Assembly: GCA_964016885.1 (NCBI GenBank) | Contig: OZ024741.1 | Coordinates: 22,692,001-22,756,000, forward strand | Length of the DNA: 64,000 bases | Direction: 5' to 3' | Source of the DNA: Eledone cirrhosa | Lineage: Eukaryota | Part shown: positions 39,893 to 54,639 of the stretch, in pieces | Layout: every line of letters starts with the position of its first letter | How positions within the stretch are numbered: the stretch's first letter is position 1 | The notes under the pieces: model-generated | Databases searched by the model: none | What the model was told of the DNA's origin: nothing | Seen by the model: only the letters and a program-made list of their open reading frames with translations | Program-made: the position numbers and the translations under genes

Positions 39893-42800
39893 ATCCTGGT
39901 ATATATGACATACCCTCCCTATATATCTAGTAACCCTGGTATATATGACATACCTCACCTATCTATCTAGTAATCCTGGTATATATGACATACCCTCCCT
40001 ATATATCTAGTAATCCTGGTATATATGACATGCCCTCCCTATCTATCTAGTAATCCTGGTATATATGACATACCCTCCCTATATATCTAGTAATCTTGTT
40101 ATATTTGACATACCCTCCCTATATATCCAGTAATCCTGGTATATATGACATACCTCACCTATATATCTAGTAACCCTGGTATATATGACATACCTCACCT
40201 ATATATCTAGTAACACTGGTATATATGACATACCTCACCTATATATCTAGTAACCCTGGTATATATGACATACCTCACCTATATACCTAGTAACCCTGGT
40301 ATATATGACATGCCCTCCCTATCTATCTAGTAACCCTGGTATATATGACATACCTCACCTATATATCTAGTAACCCTGGTATATATGACATACCTCACCT
40401 ATATATCTAGTAACCCTGGTATATATGACATACCTCACCTATATATCTAGTAACCCTGGTATATATGACATACCTCACCTATATATCTAGTAATTCTGGT
40501 ATATATGACATACCCTCCCTATATATCCAGTAACCCTGGTATATATGACATACCCTCCCTATATATCTAGTAATCCTGGTATATATGACATACCTCACCT
40601 ATATATCTAGTAACCCTGGTATATATGACATACCTCACCTATATATCTAGTAATTCTGGTATATATGACATACCCTCCCTATATATCCAGTAACCCTGGT
40701 ATATATGACATACCCTCCCTATATATCTAGTAATCCTGGTATATATGACATACCTCACCTATATATCTAGTAACCCTGGTATATATGACATACCTCACCT
40801 ATCTATCCAGTAACCCTGGTATATATGACATGCCTCACCTATATATCTAGTAATCCTGGTATATATGACATACCTCACCTATATATGACATACCTCACCT
40901 ATATATCTAGTAACCCTGGTATATATGACATACCTCACCTATGTATCTAGTAATCTTGTTATATATGACATTCCCTCCCTATATATCTAGTAACCCTGGT
41001 ATATATGACATGCCCTCCCTATATATCTAGTAATCCTGATATATATGACATGCCCTCCCTATCTATCTAGTAACCCTGGTATATATGACATAACCTCCCT
41101 ATATATCTAGTAATCCTGGTATATATGACATACCCTCTCTATATATCTAGTAATCCTGGTATATATGACATACCTCACCTATATATCTAGTAACCCTGGT
41201 ATATATGACATACCTCACTTATATATCTAGTAATCCTGGTATATATGACATACCCTCTCTATATATCCAGTAATCCTGGTATATATGACATACCTCACCT
41301 TTATATCTAGTAATCCTGGTATATATGACATACCTCACCTATATATCTAGTAATTCTGGTATATATGACATACCCTCCCTATATATCCAGTAACCCTGGT
41401 ATATATGACATACCTCACCTATCTATCCAGTAACCCTGGTATATATGACATACCTCACCTTTATATCTAGTAATCCTGGTATATATGACATGCCTCACCT
41501 ATATATCTAGTAATCCTGGTATATATGACATACCTCACCTATATATCTAGTAACCCTGGTATATATGACATACCTCACCTATATATCTAGTAACCCTGGT
41601 ATATATGACATACCTCACCTATGTATCTAGTAATCTTGTTATATATGACATTCCCTCCCTATATATCTAGTAACCCTGGTATATATGACATGCCCTCCCT
41701 ATATATCTAGTAATCCTGATATATATGACATGCCCTCCCTATCTATCTAGTAACCCTGGTATATATGACATAACCTCCCTATATATCTAGTAATCCTGGT
41801 ATATATGACATACCCTCTCTATATATCTAGTAATCCTGGTATATATGACATACCTCACCTATATATCTAGTAACCCTGGTATATATGACATACCTCACTT
41901 ATATATCTAGTAATCCTGGCATATATGACATACCCTCTCTATATATCTAGTAATCCTGGTATATATGACATACCTCACCTTTATATCTAGTAATCCTGGT
42001 ATATATGACATACCCTCCCTATATATCTAGTAATCCTGGTATATATGACATGCCCTCCCTATATATTTAGTTACGCTGATATATATGACATACCCTCCCT
42101 ATATATCTAGTAATCCTGGTATATATGACATGCCCTCCCTATATATCTAGTAACCCTGGTATATATGACATACCCTCCCTATATATCTAGTAACCCTGGT
42201 ATATATGACATACCCTCCTTATATATCTAGTAATCCTGGTATATATGACATGCCCTCCCTATATATCTAGTAACCCTGGTATATATGACATACCTCACCT
42301 ATATATCTAGTAATCCTGGTATATATGACATGCCCTCCCTATATATCTAGTAATCCTGGTATATATGATATGCCCTCCCTTTATATCTAGTAATCCTGGT
42401 ATATATGATATGCCCTCCCTTTATATCTAGTAACCCTGGTATATATGACATACCCTCCCTATCTATCTAGTAATCCTGGTATATATGACATACCTTACCT
42501 ATATATCTAGTAACCCTGGTATATATGACATACCCTCCCTATCTACCCAGTAACCCTGGTATGACATACGTCACCTATATATCTAGTAACCCTGGTATAT
42601 ATGACATGCCCTCCCTTTATATCTAGTAACCCTGGTATATATGACATGCCCTCCCTATATATCTAGTAACCCTGGTATATATGACATACCCTCCCTATCT
42701 ATCCAGTAACCCTGGTATATATGACATGCCCTCCCTATCTATCTAGTAACCCTGGTATATATGACATACCTCACCTATATATCTAGTAACCCTGGTTTAT

Positions 42801-43992
42801 ATGACATATCCTCCCTATATATCTAGTAACCCTGGTATATATGACATGCCCTCCCAATATATCTAGTAATCCTGGTATATATGACATACCTCACCTATAT
42901 ATCTAGTAACCCTGGTATATATGACATGCCTCACCTATATATCGAGTAATCCTGGTATATATGACATACCTCACTTATATATCTAGTAATCCTGATATAT
43001 GACATGCCCTCCCTATATATCTAGTAATCCTGGTATATATGACATACCTCACCTATATATCTAGTAATCCTGGTATATATGACATACCCTCCCTATATAT
43101 CCAGTAATCCTGGTATATATGACATACCCTCCCTATATATCTAGTAACCCTGGTATATATGACAGACCCTCCCTATATATCTAGTAACCCTGGTATATAT
43201 GACATGCCCTCCCTATATATCTAGTAATCCTGGTTTATATGACATACCCTCCCTATATATCTAGTAACCCTGGTATATATGACATGCCCTCCCTATATAT
43301 CAAGTAATCCTGGTATATATGACATACCTCACCTATATATCTAGTAACCCTGGTATATATGACATGCCTCACCTATATATCTAGTAATCCTGGTATATAT
43401 GACATACCCTCCCTATATATGTAGTAATCTGTTATATATGACATACCCTCCCTATATATCTAGTAATCCTGGTATATATGACATACCTCACCTATATATC
43501 TAGTAATCCTGGTATATATGACATACCCTCCCTATATATCCAGTAACCCTGGTATATATGACATACCCTCCCTATATATCTAGTAACCCTGGTATATATG
43601 ACATGCCCTCCCTATATATCTAGTAATCCTGGTATATATGACATACCTCACCTATATATCTAGTAACCCTGGTATATATGACATATCCTCCCTATATATC
43701 TAGTAATCCTCGTATATATGACATACCCTCCTTATATATCCAGTAACCCTGGTATATATGACATACCCTCCCTATATATCTAGTAATCCTGGTATATATG
43801 ACATGCCTCCCTATCTATCTAGTAATCCTTGTATATATGACATACCTCACCTATATATGTAGTAATCCTGGTATATATGACATACCTCACCTATATATCT
43901 AGTAATCCTGGTATATATGACATAGCCTCCCTATATATCCAGTAATCTGGTATATATGACATATATCTAGTAATCTGTTATATATGACATAC
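39893..43992. repeat. 40-bp satellite, roughly 100 copies
   Basis: Consensus ATATATGACATACC(TCA/CTC)CCTATATATCTAGTAA(C/T)CCTGGT. Confidence 0.98.
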
Positions 43993-44477
43993 AGATCTTG
44001 GACTCCAAAAACTAAATAGATTTAAAGATATTCCCTTTAGAAAGTATATAATAAAATTGATGCTACAAAGATATTATAAATCTTCTTTTAATACAAAGAC
44101 TATTGTTATTTTTAAATGTATATTTCTCCAAACAGCCTCAAAACTTTGCTCACAATCATTGATATTTTATTGATGAGATATTCCAGACTTGTTATCTCTA
44201 TTCTCAGCATAACTGTTATATAATTGTTTGCATTTAATTTGAAAATAAATTAAAATATAAATTGTTGTGAATCAGCAACATTGATCTCTACAATAATGAA
44301 ATCAAAGATTATTTTTCTGTTAACTGCAAGTGTTCAATAACTAAATGCTTTCTTTATGTTAAAATCACAAGAAAAATACAAATTAATTTCATTAACTGGT
44401 TCTAAGAGTTAAGATTCCTAATACTTTATATTTTCCACATGTTTGAGTAGTTTTGTTTTGTTTTTCTGTGATTCCAG

Positions 44478-44769
44478 GTTAGCCTCGGTCCAACAACACA
44501 ACAAATGCTTGAGTCCAACACCTCTGAGTCAGAAGGCCCCAATAACCACTATGAATCCATCGCTATTGCCTCCAAGCCCAACGAAGGTGGTCAACAATGA
44601 TCAGCCAGGATCAATTCAAGTAATTCTAAATTATCCAAGAGTTGGTTCTGGCCAAAAACAAAATGAGAATGAACAGAAACTATCGTATAGCATGTCTCAT
44701 AACAGTGCTGATCCTTCAAGTGCTAGTGGTGGCAATAACATGTACAGTTTGACTCACAATGGTGATAAG
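44478..44769 (+). CDS. Penultimate coding exon of an unidentified host gene
   Basis: Polypyrimidine-TTCCAG acceptor, AAG|GTGAGT donor, open frame LASVQQH..HNGDK ending in phase 0. Confidence 0.8.
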
Positions 44770-45522
44770 GTGAGTTAATTTGTCATTATACATTACAGAA
44801 CATATATTGGCAGCGATGTATTTGTTTTGCAAAGTTTGTGATATGAAACAGTGTGTTGAAACATATATTGTTATATTTGGAGAGGGTCATGTTGTCCTAA
44901 TATTGCCAAAAATAGTAAAAAAAACACTGTTTGGTTTGGTTTTCACTTCAATATATTTTTAGATTTTTATAAATAATTTATCTGTCAATCAATGTTTATC
45001 ATTGATTGACCAACAATTAAAAATATAAATATAATTTCTCAAAGTTCTTTCATCAGACATTTCTGCAACATCTATTCTTCGATATCTATAAATGATATAT
45101 ACCACCATCTAAACATGGCATCTCTGCAGTTTTGTCCACGCGGTGCAGCCCAAACACCACCCAGCCCCAGGCATAGAGCCTATCACCTTCTCCTTTTCTC
45201 CTTCCCTTTCTTCATAATTCTTGCTTTTTCACTCCCTTTCTTCTCATTTAGGGATTTTAAAGCCCTTTCTCCTACTTTCCTCTACAGTCAGATCTGCCCT
45301 TCTTTACCCCTCCCCATCTATTGCTTGCTTGGTTTGGTTTTTATATTTTTTGCTTTTTTCCTTTTCTTTCATATTTCCAACAATATTTGTAATGTTGTTT
45401 ATACAACTGTGACTTTATAGAATAGTCAGGAAGTTTACTTTCTTACAATGATTCAATACTCACTGTATGTTACTGATATAATGGCATATATAAAGCAGGT
45501 GCTATTCATACACTTCTGTACT

Positions 45523-45742
45523 CATCATCATCACCATAGCTGCTTTTCCATGCTTGCATGGGTTGGACAGGTCCTTTTCAAGTAAAGCATCTCTCCATTT
45601 GTCTCATTCCTTTGTGAGTTTCAGTGATTTGAGATCTGCTCTCACCACCTCCTCCCAGGTCTTCCTCTACTGCAGATTCCTTCTAGTATGATTTCCTAAC
45701 ACTTCTTCGTTCAGTGACCATCATCCAGGCACATCACATTGT
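45523..45742 (-). mobile_element. Old RTE 3' fragment
   Basis: Degenerate homology to 7470-7700. Confidence 0.6.
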
Positions 45743-46596
45743 CCAGTTTATAGTTTAGTATCTTGCTCAAACCTAGAGGTTGCCCAGTACTCCTCACGAC
45801 GTTGCTGTCTTTTGCTTTGGTGTTGGCTCGGTTATTCACCCTTCCTTTACATTTTCTTTAATATTACAACATTAAAAGAATATATCCTTCTGAAAGATAT
45901 AATGTTATCTAAGCATTTGTAATGTTATTTATGTATATATTTAAAACATATTTGTTATGTTATTCTACTGTAAATTTATTTATATGCTTTGTATAATAAA
46001 TTTCCCATATTTGTCCAGTTTATATTTTAGTATCCTGCTCAACATGTCCTACAATTTCTCCAGTTCATGTTTCAGTATACTACTTCAATATAACCTACTC
46101 AATTCATATTTGAGAATATTTCTCAAATTCATTAAATGGATTTAACATAAATGCTGTTATAACAAATATTTTCTTATTTCGTTTTTTGCATTATTACAAA
46201 AAGACAGTTACAATAAGTTAATCTCTTCTCAATTGTCCAGTAAACAACATAAGAGGTGATATATGTGGGAGATAACTGAGAAATGTAACATTAGTAATGT
46301 TTTTATTTGAACCTATGACTTAATATGGAAAACCATGAAGCATGGTTACCAAACATTTCTATCTGGGAATATATAAATAATTGTTTCTACTTTTGGCACA
46401 AGGCCAGCATTACTGGTACTTTATTTTAGCGACCCCGTAAAGATGAAAGGCAAAGTTAACCTCGGCGGGATTTGAACTCAGAATGGCAAGGGCCGTAACT
46501 CTATGCGTCAAAGCATGGCGTCCGACCCTCTACCGATACTGCCAATCCACCGCCCCTGGGAATATATAAATAATGTTCATAACATATATATATCAT

Positions 46597-47095
46597 CACT
46601 TCTCTCTCCATCCTGATTCTTCTTCCAAAGTGGTATTTGAAAAAAAGAATCAGTTGTTGGCCGGAGAGAAAGGTGTCTGACCTCAGCCCTTTCAACCTTG
46701 TCCACCATACAACCTCTTTCGCCATAGCTATCACACAAAGGAAAACCGCCTCTCCTTCGTTTTTGAAGGAGGGTGGCGGTTTGATCATGACAATGGACTC
46801 GGTGGTCAACCGGATTGGTCCCACCCGCGACAATAGTCGTTCTACATAGCCCAACAGGTCGGTAACACCCGAGCAGTGTACGAATGTGTGCACGACGGTT
46901 TCTTTGTCGCGCACGCATCTCGGACAGATCTTTTTCGAAGGATCCCTGCCCGGGCGCCCATGTCTGTAGAGCTTGTCTCGAGCTGGTAGAGCTCCTTAGT
47001 AGCACTGCCAGGCCAGGGACTTTTGGAAGTTGTCCATCGGTCCCGGGCAGAAGGTCCTACCAAACAGACTGGCCAGTTTGTCTTCCTCTACGCCT
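46597..47095 (-). mobile_element. L1/Tx1-clade LINE ORF2 C-terminal fragment
   Basis: GPMDNFQKSLAWQC..LPARDKL and CCHC knuckle ICPRCVRDKETVVHTFVHC, then AKEVVWWTR. Confidence 0.75.
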
Positions 47096-47214
47096 AGATA
47101 GATAGAGATATGAGATCAATTTTGTAAAATTGAAATTCATTGAATATAAATAAATATTTTATTGATATTTTAAAATAATTGTTTTTAAATATTACTTTTG
47201 TATTTCTTTTCAAG

Positions 47215-48486
47215 ACAACTCCTAAACCTGGAGACTGTACATATTTGCCAAGCACTACAACAGAACAAAAAGTAGGCAATGAAACACAAGAAAGCCAAAT
47301 AACTCCTTCCAAAACTGGGAACAATTTTCGTTCTTCGTCACAGCCATCCTCCAACCAACTCAAAAATAATTCTGTTAAATCTGATTTCATTGACACTGTA
47401 TCTGTTAATCCAATAACAGAGGTTCCTGATAGTAAACCAATACCATCTCCAAAGAAAACTAGCATGCTGGAATTAATATCCAAGTCTGCTTCTCCAGATA
47501 AAGAAATGGTTTCAAGAAATTCAGCAGAAAATTCCAAGGAATCTTCAGCAGATTTAACCAATAAAATACATTCAGCCCGTGCTAATTTCTTTAGTTCAAT
47601 GTTGACTTCTGAAAATTCAAAACCGAGAAATAAAAATTATTCTTGTAACCCCACAACCACAATGGATTACACTGTTCGTTTCTCTCCGCCAAAAACAATA
47701 TATACCATTGTTAATTCCATTCAGTCTCCTGCTAAAAACAGTCCAAAACCAATCATGTCAACAGCAACAGCAGTTGCTGAGTTGCGGCCTAAAGAACCTC
47801 CACCAACTCCAAAGAAACCGACCCATTTGTGGAAAGTAAGACCCTCGTCACATAATTTTGATAGCGCCAATGTTGTAAGGGGTTTGGAGTCATCTTCAAA
47901 TTCAATTATCAATTTACCACATTTCAGTACTAGCTCCAAATCTTTACCAACTTTACCCATTAATACTAAAAATGACTTCAAATCGAGAGAAGAGAAAATT
48001 ACAATTCACTCAAAGAAGAGTCCACCGCCACCACCTCCCCCTCGTAACAGCAGTAAAAACCCGCATGAAGTAAGACCAGTTTCCACTGGTAGCACCCCTC
48101 AAATAGTACACTACACTCTAACCCAGCATTGCAACCCTTCAACTAAAAATTGTTCCATTACTACAAACCAAAGTAGCAATGATCAGAGGGACAACTCTCC
48201 ATCGAGAGAGAGTGCTTGTAGCTCTGAAAGTTCTGCTTCATGCGAGTCACAGCAGAGTGTTATCAGTGTACCTCTTCACATACAACACAACGGTAATGGT
48301 TTTAGTAAAAAAAATAAACCCAGCCCTCCCCAACGAACAAATAGTCAATTGAGTTGCACACCAGCTTCAACATATTCACCGAGACTAAGCAGTAGTTGCT
48401 CCAGCTGGGAACAACCAGTATTCAATGGAGTCAAAGGTTCATCAACAGATATAAAGAGAGATATACAAGAAACTACCATAGACTGA
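47215..48486 (+). CDS. Terminal coding exon: long disordered Ser/Pro/Thr-rich C-terminus with PxxP motifs, ending IQETTID*
   Basis: 423-codon non-repetitive ORF; pyrimidine-rich acceptor TTTCAAG at 47214; phase 0 matches the preceding exon; AT-rich UTR-like sequence follows. Confidence 0.85.
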   Translation, partial: TTPKPGDCTYLPSTTTEQKVGNETQESQITPSKTGNNFRSSSQPSSNQLKNNSVKSDFIDTVSVNPITEVPDSKPIPSPKKTSMLELISKSASPDKEMVSRNSAENSKESSADLTNKIHSARANFFSSMLTSENSKPRNKNYSCNPTTTMDYTVRFSPPKTIYTIVNSIQSPAKNSPKPIMSTATAVAELRPKEPPPTPKKPTHLWKVRPSSHNFDSANVVRGLESSSNSIINLPHFSTSSKSLPTLPINTKNDFKSREEKITIHSKKSPPPPPPPRNSSKNPHEVRPVSTGSTPQIVHYTLTQHCNPSTKNCSITTNQSSNDQRDNSPSRESACSSESSASCESQQSVISVPLHIQHNGNGFSKKNKPSPPQRTNSQLSCTPASTYSPRLSSSCSSWEQPVFNGVKGSSTDIKRDIQETTID

Positions 48487-50019
48487 AACCTATTATAGGA
48501 AACAATCGGGACTGGCTCACCACACCAGTATTGCAAAGTAATTTGCAAATAAACAATTATAAATAATTTAAAAAAGAAAATAAGAAGGAAATAGTCAGGT
48601 CTAAATTGGTCAAACAAAAGACTGTGATGGTTTTTTTTTTTTGTTTTTGTAGTTTTTTTTTTATTTTGCTATAACATTTTTATAACCTACCGAATTGTGA
48701 AAAGATATGGAAAAAAAAAGATACTTTCCTTCTACACCTCCTAATGTTTACTTTTCTGTTTTATAAGTGTTCTAAGGGTTGAAAATTGAATGAAAGTTAA
48801 TTATTTTTTAATTAGATCTGTACATATGAGTATAAAACCTTCTCTTTACCTGTTGAATTCAAAATTATTTTCATCATGAATTTTTTTTTTTTTCAACTTT
48901 TCTTCAAACTGTGTCTAATGTTGCACTCCCCACCCACCTCCACCCTATAAAGATTTCCAATTTTAATATGTCTATCATCTAAAGCTACTTTTCCCCAAAT
49001 TACAGTTTCCAATTCCAGTGATAATCTAATGCTAATCCCTTCATTCATAGATTTCTTTGTCACTGATTCGTTCAATATCTTTCAAATTCCAACTTCTCAA
49101 ATAAATGATTTTGCAACATAATTCCACAAAGACGAAGTGGCCTTTTTTAACATAATACAGAACCAAGATAAGTTTATTAAAATGTTTTTAATCTTTTAAA
49201 GAAGATACTTTAACCTTAATCTTAATACAATGGAGGAAAATTTTACATTCAATTCTGAAATTTTAATGAAAAGACTTTCTTTAATAAAATGTAAGCAAAA
49301 TTAATTTTAGATTTTTAAAGATTTATGTTCTACTGCTGAATTAATTGATTTGTATTAATTTGTCAAAGATGTTATGGCATACTAAGCAAAAATCAATGTT
49401 AAAATGAAAAAGAAAGAGTGTGTATGAGAGGGAGAGAAGAGAGTGGAGGAGAAAGAGAGTGGAGGAGAAAGAGAGAGAGAGAACCGTTTGATAAAACTGA
49501 GTTATAATGAAAGGTATTTAAAGAACTACACTATATCCCTCTGGATTTAATATTTCTGTTTGATAATCCAATGGTTTTCTTTAGAGTTATTCTAATATTA
49601 CCTATCACTAACTACACCACATCAACAATCCCCTGAGTACATCGTGGTGATAGATTTTATACAGATCTATTCACTGTACTATCATATATACACTTAGATT
49701 ATTTCAGCATTAAAAATATATTGCTTTTAAAATTTCATACACAACCAAAAAATGCCCATTTTTCTTAGTAATAATAATAATAATAATTTATTAAAAACCT
49801 TAAGTCAAAAATAATTGGGTGTTGGAGGGTATTTAATTTATTCCATAAAAAACATTCAAGAAAATCTTTCTTGACTGTAACCCACCATTATTTGTATTTA
49901 TAAGTGTATATATATATAAAATTTATGTAAGTAGAATGGGGGGGTTAAGGATTATAATTTCTTCATCATGTGTGCTTCAGTAAGAACTCAGAGATAAACT
50001 TTAAATGGGTTCAACATAC

Positions 50020-50193
50020 TAAATAATAATCTAAAAATCTAAAAATATAATCTCTAAATTTCGGTGGATTCACTATTTGTATGATACCCAGGACTGAAAT
50101 TGGTGTGTTCCCATATGCTTTAACTACTCTTTCTTGGTCTTCATTCAGTTGAAGATCAATGATGCTGGGTTCCAAATATAGTTGCAGTATCTG
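50020..50193 (-). CDS. Candidate exon of a convergent minus-strand gene
   Basis: TTTTTGCAG acceptor, open frame QILQLYLEPSIIDL..FRFLDYYL, TTA|GTATGT donor, phase 0-0. Confidence 0.35.
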
Positions 50194-50944
50194 CTGCAAA
50201 AAGTGAGGATAAATAAAATTAGAGAGTCAGTTTTATAACTAATATTAAAATAGTAACAAGTAGTAAGCTAATAGTAGTAAACTAAATACTTTGCAGTACT
50301 TAGTTTCATCTTACTACATTCTAAGTACAAATTCCATTTTGATAAACTTTGCTTTTCATTTTGTTATGGTTGATAAAACTAGAAGCAATATTATACTTGA
50401 GTATAGTTATACTTTCTCTCTTATAAAAGATGTATGGAAGAAGTTGTTCATTTACTTGGATAATATTACCTAAAATATTTCCAGCCTTCTTCTAAATTTG
50501 AATCTTTTTTTAACACTTTAACATTTAAATCGGCCATATCGAGCCAGAATTCTCTCACCTCTTTCTGTTCAAACTGGCTGTAACTTGCTACTCATACTGA
50601 TGTTAAGTAATTGTTCTCAAAATAAATATCAAAATCTCATAGATTTGATATTATGTGAAAATGCAATAGTAAATATAGAATAATGTAAATACTAAAGAGT
50701 TAACTGCTGATAAAATTTGGCAAGCACCCTAGAGTAGTAGCAAGAAACTCTCAGAAGAGTTGGACAGCAGGTCTTCAGAGAAGAAACCCCAACTCAAGTG
50801 TTTCAGCCCTTAAAGATAAGCTCCCAGGTGGAGGACAGAGGCAAAGACTGAGTCTTCACTCTAAGTTGTTGTTGTCATTTTAATTTATTTACATCATTCA
50901 TGCCATTGTGAAAGATATATCTCACATTTCACTTTACCTCTAAA

Positions 50945-51021
50945 TTAGAGACCATATGTCTCTCCTATATTAGAGACCGTATGTCTCTCCTATATTAGAG
51001 ACCATATGCCTCTCCTATATT
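50945..51021. repeat. 3 x 25-bp tandem repeat
   Basis: TTAGAGACCATATGTCTCTCCTATA. Confidence 0.85.
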
Positions 51022-51512
51022 GGAAAATAAGACTTTCTGGTGTAGCTATAAATTTGTAGTGAAGTGAAAATGAAAAGTTGTATCGTTAAATATTTTTTGT
51101 TATTTGTTCATAATAATATCTATAATGTATTCTATAATAATAATTATTATCATTACTTTATTTTAATTGTTCTGCATGAAAATTGATTGATAAAATATTG
51201 AATTTTATATTGTCAGAAAAATAGATTTCAATATGAACTTTAACTACAGAAAATGTGAAACACAAACTACTACACACACAACTACTTACACTCACCTGAG
51301 AATAATATTGCTGATTGTTGTTAAAGTTGTGTTGGAATAATAAAGTTATGTTGAAACATGTCTACTTCAACAGAAATCAGAATTAAAAATAAAAACAAAC
51401 GTTTTCACACCATCAATAAATTCAGTCCATTGGATGTTACATCTATTTCGAAATAGTTTTCTTTTCTTAAAGAAGCACACAAGATTAATCGAATTCTATT
51501 TCTTGCTATCTT

Positions 51513-51955
51513 AATAATAATGATTTCTAGTATAGGCACAAGGCCAGTAATTTGGGGGGAGGGGAAAGTCGATTAAATCAACCCCAGTACGTTACTGGTG
51601 CTTTATTTTATCGACCTTGTAAGGATGGAAGGCAAAGTTAACCTGGCGGATTCGAAATCAGATCATAAAGGGCCATAACTCTATGCTGCAAAGTATCTAC
51701 TGATACTGGCAATCTATCGTCCTTAATAATAATGATAATAATGGTTTCCGATTTAGTCACAAGGCCAACAATTTGGGGAGTGGGGAAAGTCGATTAAATC
51801 AACCCCAGTACTCTATTTTATTGACCCCGGAAGGATGAAAGCTAACCTCGGCAGAATTTCAACTTAGATTATAAAGGGCCATAACTCTATGTCATAAAGC
51901 ATGTTGTCCGACGCTCTACCAATTCTGACAATCCACAACCCTTAATAATAATAAT
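51513..51955 (-). mobile_element. Two tandem S1 SINEs separated by (TAA)n
   Basis: Reverse complement of 10175-10405. Confidence 0.8.
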
Positions 51956-52340
51956 GTCTTTTATTTGCTCCAAGGGTGATAGATGATGGTACATTACATG
52001 GACAGGTTGTGAGGGTTGACAATGAAATTGAATGAGCGAAAAAAATGAAAGTAAAATCCTATTTTTGCTAAAGAAATCTGTTTTTGTGGGGGAAAGGGGG
52101 TTGTGTGTGTTTTTAATTTTTTAGGGGGAGAGGATTATTAGTTTGTTTTTTAAGCTAGTCTTTTAAGTTTGTTGAAACAATTTATACTTTTCACTTGCAA
52201 TGTCTTCTGGCAGAAAAAAAAAATGTCTTTTTACCCTGTAAGTGCTGCCAACTAGAATTTGAAAGGCTTAGAGGGAATGAAGTTTATTTACCAGGAAAGT
52301 GGCATAAATGAACAATCCACAACTCAGCAGTGTAACAGTT

Positions 52341-52525
52341 TTAACTCTTAATATCCTGTAGCACATAAAACTACATTAGTAAGACATCCTGGGAAAATTA
52401 CAAAACAGCATATAATGATTTGTCCACTAATATACTACAAATATTTGAATTGACAAACCGGTTTTTACAATTTTTTTTTTTTTTTTTTTTTTTTTGCTAA
52501 ATCATTACAGGATGTTAAGAGTTAA
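52341..52525. mobile_element. TTAA-flanked MITE (family M3)
   Basis: TTAACTCTTAATATCCTGTA / TACAGGATGTTAAGAGTTAA inverted termini. Confidence 0.7.
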
Positions 52526-53854
52526 ATAAATGTTGTCTCTTTTGGAGATTAAACTCAGTTCAGTGAAACTAAATTAAAGAGTGTGGTAATCTTGCAACTT
52601 ATTTCAATTTTGAAATATATTTTTTATTACAATTTTCTGTTCTCTTTAAAATCTAAATACTATGTGGTAGACACATTTGATGTTTATTTTTTTTAACACT
52701 GGGCCACATTCCAATGTCTTGCCTGCCTTTGTCTTTCAAGTTGAAGGGGAATTTTTTTTTTTTAGTTAATTGCCCCTTGTTTGAAACTTATTAAAGAAAT
52801 CATGCAATGTCCTTGGCAATTTATTGCCCCAGCCACTGAATAACTTGGTTCTAATTTAAAACGGAGAAAATGTCTGTAGTTTTACTAACATGAATTTGGA
52901 TAAAGAAAATGTTGATCGATTCAATTTTTTTTTTAATTACTTAACGAATAATGATCTCTAATAACTATTTTTAAAAGATGCAATTTTCTAACTAAATTAT
53001 TTAAGAATTGTATTTATAAATCTTTCTCTGAAAAACATTGTTATTCTTTATGAACATTTTTGCATGCTAAACAATCTTCTCTTTTACAACAGTTCTCCAA
53101 CAAACAAAATAGCAAACTCTTAATCTTTTGTTTATGTAAATTGTGGGTCTTATCAAATTCATAAATACACACATAGTGAATTTACATAATATTTCTTGCT
53201 TGTAATAAAGTGTTCCCAATGATATTTAATGTTTCAGTAACAGTATTATGTTACTGGATATAATTTCACTAAAAGCAATGTGTGGCCAGGATGAGACGCT
53301 TCTAATTATCCTTGTTGCCTTTTCTCTTCAACTAATTCTACTAAAATTCACACAGTTCAACCCTTCATGAATAAGATTGTTTTTTTTATACAAATTATTA
53401 ACAATTTTCTGTTATTTATACTTTATACATGTGCAAGAGGGGAAATTAAACTAACATGTCTTCTTCATCCACATCTATTTTTGTAATCTGTACCTTTCCA
53501 GTCTGAAATGTTAATTTACTTGTATGCAACTTTTCCTAAAGTCAGAGAAAACCAGCTTTATTTTTGTATTATGATGCAATATCAGTGCTGGAGGTAAATC
53601 TGGAAAGTTGTTATATGACCTTTATTGAACATATCGTTTGGATAAATGTGATCCAGAATCTACACAACAATATTTCTGGTGTGACTGAAGTCTCATTTTA
53701 CTTAGGTAAAACAAATTTTAAGCATTTTTTTTTTCACTGTTAGTAATTATATAGTAATTATGCAACTAACATTTTGTGAAAATTTCCTTCTTTTTTTTAA
53801 ATCATACAAGAGTTTTCATATGAAATTTTAACATTAAAATTGTTTAAAACTTAA

Positions 53855-54085
53855 TATTTCTCTAGCAGATCTAGGTGAATATGTACATGTGTTCATATTT
53901 CTAGCAGATCTGAGAGGATATGTTCAGATGTTCATATTTCTAGCAGATCTAGGTAAATATGTTCAGATATTTATATGTCTAGCATATCTGGATGAATATG
54001 TACAGGTATTTATATTTCTAGCAGATCAAGGTGAATATGTTCATATTTCTAACAAATCTGGGTGAATATGTTCCGGTATTCATAT
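53855..54085. repeat. ~38-bp degenerate minisatellite
   Basis: ATATTTCTAGCAGATCTAGGTGAATATGTTCAG.. about 6 copies. Confidence 0.85.
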
Positions 54086-54639
54086 AAATCTATTCTTACA
54101 TGTTCATTTAACAATCAGAAAATTCTGTTATGATAACTAAACAAATTAATTTTATTTATTTAATTAAAAGGATTGAATCTAATTCAAAATGGAGGATTAA
54201 ACTTCAACTTTTTTCCTGGTGACTTTAGAAAGGAACAGAGAGAGGGTGAAAGTGAGTGAGAGCGAGAGAAAGAGAGAGAGAGAGAGAGAGAGACATGTAG
54301 ATAATTAAAAAATATTCCCTATAATGATTGTTTTTGCTAACTAAAGTGATACGGGTGCTTCTAGGTGGCACTACTTAGCCAGCAGGTATTTGTTCCTAGG
54401 GAGTGCAACACAAACTCAGGGACTAAGCCCCTAGCTTTCTACTTGAAAAGGTAATCATGAAAACAAAGTGAATTCAGAACTGATTACAATAAAGAATTGC
54501 CTACAACAATCTAACCCTTGCATTTTTTTATTTATTCCAGCAAATAACAATTTGATGCATTTATTTACAATGTTTGGGATTTTGTTCATTTGTATCAGCA
54601 AAAGAAAAAAAAAGTCTTGTCATTTAGGATGGGGATGAG

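Noticed and set aside
39893-43992. CRISPR-like regular array
   Set aside because: Contiguous tandem units, no unique spacers, no cas genes, eukaryotic context
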